Positions 60,258 through 64,000 of a DNA stretch of 64,000 nucleotides are shown here, one piece after another. The stretch's first letter is position 1; each line of letters opens with the position of its first letter. The notes beneath the pieces were generated by a model that worked only from the letters and a program-made list of their open reading frames with translations, was not told the origin of the DNA and did no database searches. The translations under genes were made by a program, and so were the position numbers. The DNA is taken from positions 10,287-74,286 of the forward strand of contig CAWGVB010000030.1 in assembly GCA_963825815.1 (NCBI GenBank). Reading direction: 5' to 3'. The DNA is from an uncultured Gemmatimonadales bacterium (GTDB lineage: Bacteria > Gemmatimonadota > Gemmatimonadetes > Gemmatimonadales > GWC2-71-9).

Positions 60258-60345
60258 GTGGTCCGGTCTAGGTCTAGGGTCTAAGTCTAGACTAGGGTCT
60301 GCCGTCTGGTGTCTGGGGTCTGGTGTCTGCCATCTGGCGCCTGGC
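60258..60345. repeat. Heptad array (GGTCTAG / TCTGGNG units) with palindrome GTCTAGAC (60285-60292); covers the ddaH-permease spacer and the permease 3' end
   Basis: GGTCCGG TCTAGG TCTAGGG TCTAAG TCTAGAC TAGGG TCTGCCG TCTGGTG TCTGGGG TCTGGTG TCTGCCA TCTGGCG CCTGGCA. The 13-mer GTCTAGGGTCTAA (60272-60284) is identical to 21697-21709. Confidence 0.65.
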
Positions 60346-61623
60346 AACGGCCATGCGATACACCGGGTAGCTGAGCGCCAGCAGGATCACCGACCTCCAG
60401 CTGTTGGTCCAGTCGCTGACCAGCGAGCCGCCGATGAAAGCCAGCGACCCCACCAAAGCCACCGCGGTGGTCACCGGGTATCCCGGCACCCGGAACGGTC
60501 TGGGCGTATCGGGCTCCTTTCGCCGGAGCGCGAACACGCTGAGGAACGACATGGTGTAGTTGAAGACGAAGAAGAAGGCGCAGAGCGCGAGCACCGTCGC
60601 CACCGTTCCCGAAATGATGAACCCCGCCGCAACCCCGATGGTGGTCCAGTGGGCCACCGTCGGGGTGCCGCCCGGGTTGATGGTCTGGAGGCGTGAGGGA
60701 AGCAGCCGGTCCCGGCTCATCGACAGCAGGACCCTGGCCGCCATCAGCGTGCAGGCGTTCATGCCGCTCAGGATGGAAATCAGCACGATCAAGCGGATCA
60801 CGAGGTCGCCCCGCGCACCGAACAAGACTTTGCCTGCACTGGCGGCCACGAAGGGATCGCCGGCCATCCGGCACGGGCCAAGCACCCGTACGAAGGCGAT
60901 GTTGATCATGACGTAGATCAGAATCACCAGCAGCACTCCCATCACCATGGAGCGCGGGATGTCGCGGCCCGGATTCTTCGTCTCCTCACCAAAGTAGAGC
61001 GGTCCGGTCCAGCCATCGTAGGTATAGATGACGGATTGAAGTGCGAGCAGGATCGCTGTGACCAGGGTAATACCAGAGGGCAACGTTCCGACCGTGCCGG
61101 GCACCCCCGGCACGGGGGCGAGAAGACAGACCGCGATCAGGCATCCGAACGCGAGTGCTTTGGCCGCGCTCAGGACCTGCTGCGAGAGGTCGCCGATCCG
61201 GATCCCGCGCCAGAGCAGCAGTCCAAAGAGCAGCACCAGTCCTACGCCGGCCGGCACTCTTCGACCGGCCAACGCTGGAATCAGCGGCTCGAGATATTCC
61301 ATGAAGACCATGCCGCCGAGGGCGATCGGTCCGCAGGTGGAGATCCAATCACTCCAGCCCACCACGAACGCAGGATACTCTCCCAGTCCTCGGCGTACGA
61401 TTACGTACTGACCGGCGGATCGGGCGAGCATGGCGCCCGGTTCGGCCAGGGAGATGGCCCCAATCAGGGCATACACGCCGCCGATGATCCAGATCCCGAT
61501 GATGAGCGCAGGATGGGGCAGCTGTGCGGCCACGTCACCGGGTGTCCGCAGAATGCCTATGAGAATGGTATTGCCGACCAGCAGCGCGATACCGAAGGAG
61601 AGGCCGAGGACTCGGCGCAGCAT
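60292..61623 (-). CDS. APC-family amino-acid permease
   Basis: Intact 443-aa ORF: LLVGNTILIGILRTPGDVAAQL...YALIGAISLAEPGAMLARSAGQYVIVRRGLG...YTYDGWTGPLYFGEETKNPGRDIPRSMV...RRKEPDTPRPFRVPGYPVT. The last ~14 aa (QMADTRPQTPDGRP) are encoded by the heptad array. Confidence 0.85.
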   Translation of the reverse strand: MLRRVLGLSFGIALLVGNTILIGILRTPGDVAAQLPHPALIIGIWIIGGVYALIGAISLAEPGAMLARSAGQYVIVRRGLGEYPAFVVGWSDWISTCGPIALGGMVFMEYLEPLIPALAGRRVPAGVGLVLLFGLLLWRGIRIGDLSQQVLSAAKALAFGCLIAVCLLAPVPGVPGTVGTLPSGITLVTAILLALQSVIYTYDGWTGPLYFGEETKNPGRDIPRSMVMGVLLVILIYVMINIAFVRVLGPCRMAGDPFVAASAGKVLFGARGDLVIRLIVLISILSGMNACTLMAARVLLSMSRDRLLPSRLQTINPGGTPTVAHWTTIGVAAGFIISGTVATVLALCAFFFVFNYTMSFLSVFALRRKEPDTPRPFRVPGYPVTTAVALVGSLAFIGGSLVSDWTNSWRSVILLALSYPVYRMAVARRQMADTRPQTPDGRP

Positions 61624-61740
61624 GCCTGTACCGGTGGCGCGTTCCCGGCGAATGACGGTATCGGTCAGCTGGAATTCCTGCGAGGGGTGGCCTCTAGGCT
61701 ACAGGCCCAGAGGCGGAAGTGCTAGTGCTGCAGAATACGA

Positions 61741-61968
61741 TCAGCGAACGGCGAGCGTGTCTCCTGCCGCTACATCGATGAGATTGCTGTCGGCGTTCGC
61801 GGTCGCCACGTCGCCATAGGCCCGGTAACCCCTTTCCTCGCCCGATGAGATCCAGGAGTCCTGCACCACGATACGCTGCTCCCCTATCCGGTTGACCAGG
61901 TAGGTCAGACCCGCCCCGGCCAGCGACATCGCAACGGCAAACGAGAGCACTACGCTGAGTATTCGCAT
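61741..61968 (-). CDS. Small membrane-anchored hypothetical protein (75 aa)
   Basis: MRILSVVLSFAVAMSLAGAGLTYLVNRIGEQRIVVQDSWISSGEERGYRAYGDVATANADSNLIDVAAGDTLAVR, within ORF 61741..62040. One N-terminal TM or signal anchor. No family recognised. Confidence 0.4.
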   Translation of the reverse strand: MRILSVVLSFAVAMSLAGAGLTYLVNRIGEQRIVVQDSWISSGEERGYRAYGDVATANADSNLIDVAAGDTLAVR

Positions 61969-62177
61969 TGGCTTAGCCTCCAAATCGTTGGCGGCAGGAT
62001 AGGCAAGGTGAGTCAAGCACCAGTCAAGCGCGCCACACACTCGCCTCCAAGCCCCGCCTCGTCAGCGACTTGGGTCACAAGTGACCGGAGCCGGTCCGAA
62101 CGCGGTGACCCCGCCCACAACGCCCTTCGGTACCGCGATCCATACTGTATCGGGATCTACTCAGCGCTGGAGGCGGG

Positions 62178-62835
62178 ATGGCCATTCGGGCGACGCTGCT
62201 TGGGACGAGAGTTCAGTGGCTGCTGCTCCTCGGGGCCGCAGCCGGCCTGATCTCCGCCTCTGCCGTCCCGCTCGAAGCCCAGCAAATCGAAGTTCGACCC
62301 ATCGCCAAATTCTCCCTCCCCACCAAGTTCTCGCTCCACGACGGCACCCTCCACGTGAGCCAGCGCGTGGGTTTCCGGTTTGGCGCCCAGATGAACGTCA
62401 GGCTTCAACGAGCGCTTCGATGTGACCAGCGCTGTCACGTATAGTCCGGGTTACGCTACGGTGAGCGGTTCCACGAAACGGGTCCAGGTGAGCTCCGGGG
62501 CGCAGTCGCTGGCCGGGGCCACGGCGGCGCGCTACTGGATCCGGCCGCGGGATCTGCCACTCGCCTGGGAGGTGCATTCCGGGGTGGGACTCGTCTTCGG
62601 CGGGCAGCCGTCCTATATGGAGCTGCTCGACGGGTCCACCATGACGGCCTCGGTGGGCACCAGCGTTCGGTACCGGTTCCGCCAACTGGTGAGCCTCTCG
62701 GTCAGGGTGGAGCAGCGCGTCCTGCGCCTCCAATTCGGCGACCAGCTGGGCGGAAGCTCACGTCCCTTCCGAGTCGCGTTTGGCGTGGGGCTGCCCGTTC
62801 CTGGAGCGGATTTCGATCCGGCAGCTGATCAGTAG
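62178..62835 (+). CDS. Secreted hypothetical protein, possibly a small beta-barrel OMP; one frame change near 62400
   Basis: ORFs 62178..62444 and 62422..62835. Sequence: MAIRATLLGTRVQWLLLLGAAAGLISASAVPLEAQQ (signal), then alternating-pattern strands (FDVTSAVTYSPGYATVSG, AARYWIRP, WEVHSGVGLVFGG, SVGTSVRYRF, VSLSVRVEQRVLRLQFG). No family recognised. Confidence 0.35.
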
Positions 62836-62862
62836 CCTGCCGTTCTAAGTGACTTCACTCAG

Positions 62863-64000
62863 CTAACGGGGAAAGGCTTCGGGCAGTCCTCCGTCCACAG
62901 TGAGGATGTCTCCCGTAGTGAAGCGGAACCGCGTGCTGGCGAGCAGTACCGCCAGATCCGCCACCGCTTCCGGCGGGATCAGCGTGGCTCCCATCAGGTT
63001 TCGGCTCCGGTATGCCTCCAGCTGCTGCTCGACGGAAACGCCGCGGCTGGCGGCGCGCTCCCGCACGAACTGCATGAACAGCGGAGTCTCGATCTGGTCG
63101 GCGTTGATGGCGTTCACCCGGATGTTGTGCGGCGCCCAGCTCCACCGCCGCGACCCGGAGGGCCTGGAGCAGCGCGGCCTTGCTCCCGGCGTACGCCACC
63201 GCGTCTCGACCCGGCACCAGCGCGGCCTTGGAGACCGACGCCACGATCGAGCCGCCCAGCTCCTGGCGCTGCATGATCGCCGCCGCCCGGCCGATCGCCC
63301 GGACAGCGCCGAGGTAGTGGACCTCGAGCTGCCGCTGGAGATCGTCCCGGCTGATCTCGGTGATTGGAGCGAAACGCGGCGGCAGGCCGGCGGTGTAGAA
63401 CAGGCAGTCCAGCCCGCCGAACTCGAGCACCGTCCTTCGGAACAGCGCGTCGAGACTGGCGTCGTCCCGCACGTCGGCCGGCACCGCTATGGCGCGCCCG
63501 GGAAATTTTGCGCCCGACCTCCATCCGCAACCCGCTCGCACTGCTCGCCATCCAGGTCCGCCACCACCACGTGGGCGCCCTCTTCGGCAAAGCGCTCCGC
63601 CGCCGACTTTCCGATGCCGCTGCCCCCACCGATGATCACGACGATGTGCCGAGCCAGGAGTTTGGTGCGCGCGGTCCCTCGCGATCTGCTCCTCGATCTT
63701 GCGGCGCTCCAGCGGCCAGTGCTCGAACTCGAACACGTCCGCTTCGGGAATGAACTCGAAGCGATCGATCGCCTCCGCATTCTCGATGCTCTCGAGCACC
63801 GCCCGATAGCAGACGTTCGCGGTGACCGCGCCGCGCTTGTCGGCGAAGGCCGTAACCATGCCGAGGCCGGGGAGGAGGATGACCTTGGCCCAGTCGTCGA
63901 GCGGGGGCTCGCCGCTTTTGGCGTGTCTCCGGTGGTAGGCCTCGTACTCGGTGCGGGCGGTGGTGAGCTGCGGCGCGGATGGCGGCGAGATCCTTCGCTT
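62863..64000 (-). pseudogene. Bifunctional aldolase / short-chain dehydrogenase (rhamnulose-1-phosphate aldolase/alcohol dehydrogenase-like), 3' part; several frame changes; continues past window end
   Basis: ORFs 62863..63117, 62855..63859, 63487..63780 and others. Sequence: GMVTAFADKRGAVTANVCYRAVLESIENAEAIDRFEFIPEADVFEFEHWPLERRKI / LARHIVVIIGGGSGIGKSAAERFAEEGAHVVVADLD / AIAVPADVRDDASLDALF...LFYTAG...IVASVSKAALVPGRDAVAYAGSKAAL / IRVNAINADQIETPLF...TTGDILTVDGGLPEAFPR. Confidence 0.7.

Noticed and set aside
1-64000. The window as a prophage, integrative element or defence island
   Set aside because: I recognised no integrase, transposase, tRNA attachment site, phage structural gene, restriction-modification, toxin-antitoxin, CBASS/retron/Cas or similar components. 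The only mobile-looking items are non-autonomous repeats.

Overview
GC-rich bacterial chromosomal window, roughly two-thirds G+C by eye. Gene content looks like a diderm soil lineage such as Gemmatimonadota: a SusC/SusD pair, TolB-propeller Ser/Thr kinases, AsmA, ArnT-like enzymes and many beta-lactamase-fold hydrolases. That lineage call is inference only. I saw no rRNA, tRNA, CRISPR array, transposase, integrase or recognisable defence system.

Layout:
(1) 1-18.2 kb: an island devoted to D-amino-acid and D-peptide chemistry. It holds 4 beta-lactamase-fold serine hydrolases, a DdpX/VanX-type dipeptidase, a D-aminoacylase, a racemase + permease + GNAT + M20 module, a GntR regulator and a SusC/SusD pair. 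An AT-rich palindrome (TGTATACA) marks three of its promoter regions.
(2) 18.4-24.5 kb: a PEP-mutase/isocitrate-lyase-family gene, an ArnC-like/LAB_N/ArnT-like operon, and AsmA.
(3) 24.5-36.6 kb: signalling and redox genes. These are PP2C, an STK-TolB kinase, a Kelch lipoprotein, a cupredoxin -> HAMP Ser/Thr kinase -> msrA -> msrB string, a divergent porin, a GNAT and an MBL hydrolase.
(4) 36.7-45.6 kb: one giant (~8.9 kb) cyclic beta-1,2-glucan synthase-like gene.
(5) 45.7-59.4 kb: a surface-glycan cluster (GT4, 2x GT2, Wzm/Wzt, polyprenyl-P sugar synthase, two GT-C enzymes). It ends in a mycobacterial-type decaprenyl-phospho-arabinose donor module (UbiA/Rv3806c-like, DprE1-like, DprE2-like). 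I consider this the best candidate for an undescribed system.
(6) 59.5-64 kb: ddaH, an APC permease, small envelope proteins and a partial aldolase/SDR.

Cross-cutting signals:
(a) Many genes are broken by 1-nt frame changes, and one also by in-frame stops. The breaks cluster by gene and seem to track local GC.
(b) Dispersed arrays of degenerate 7-nt or 8-nt tandem repeats, often palindromic at array level. Several lie inside coding sequence while keeping a frame open.
(c) A REP-like palindrome family (GTCAYCCYGAGCG...).

All calls come from reading the supplied translations and the DNA. No searches were run, and coordinates of frame-disrupted genes are approximate at their 5' ends.
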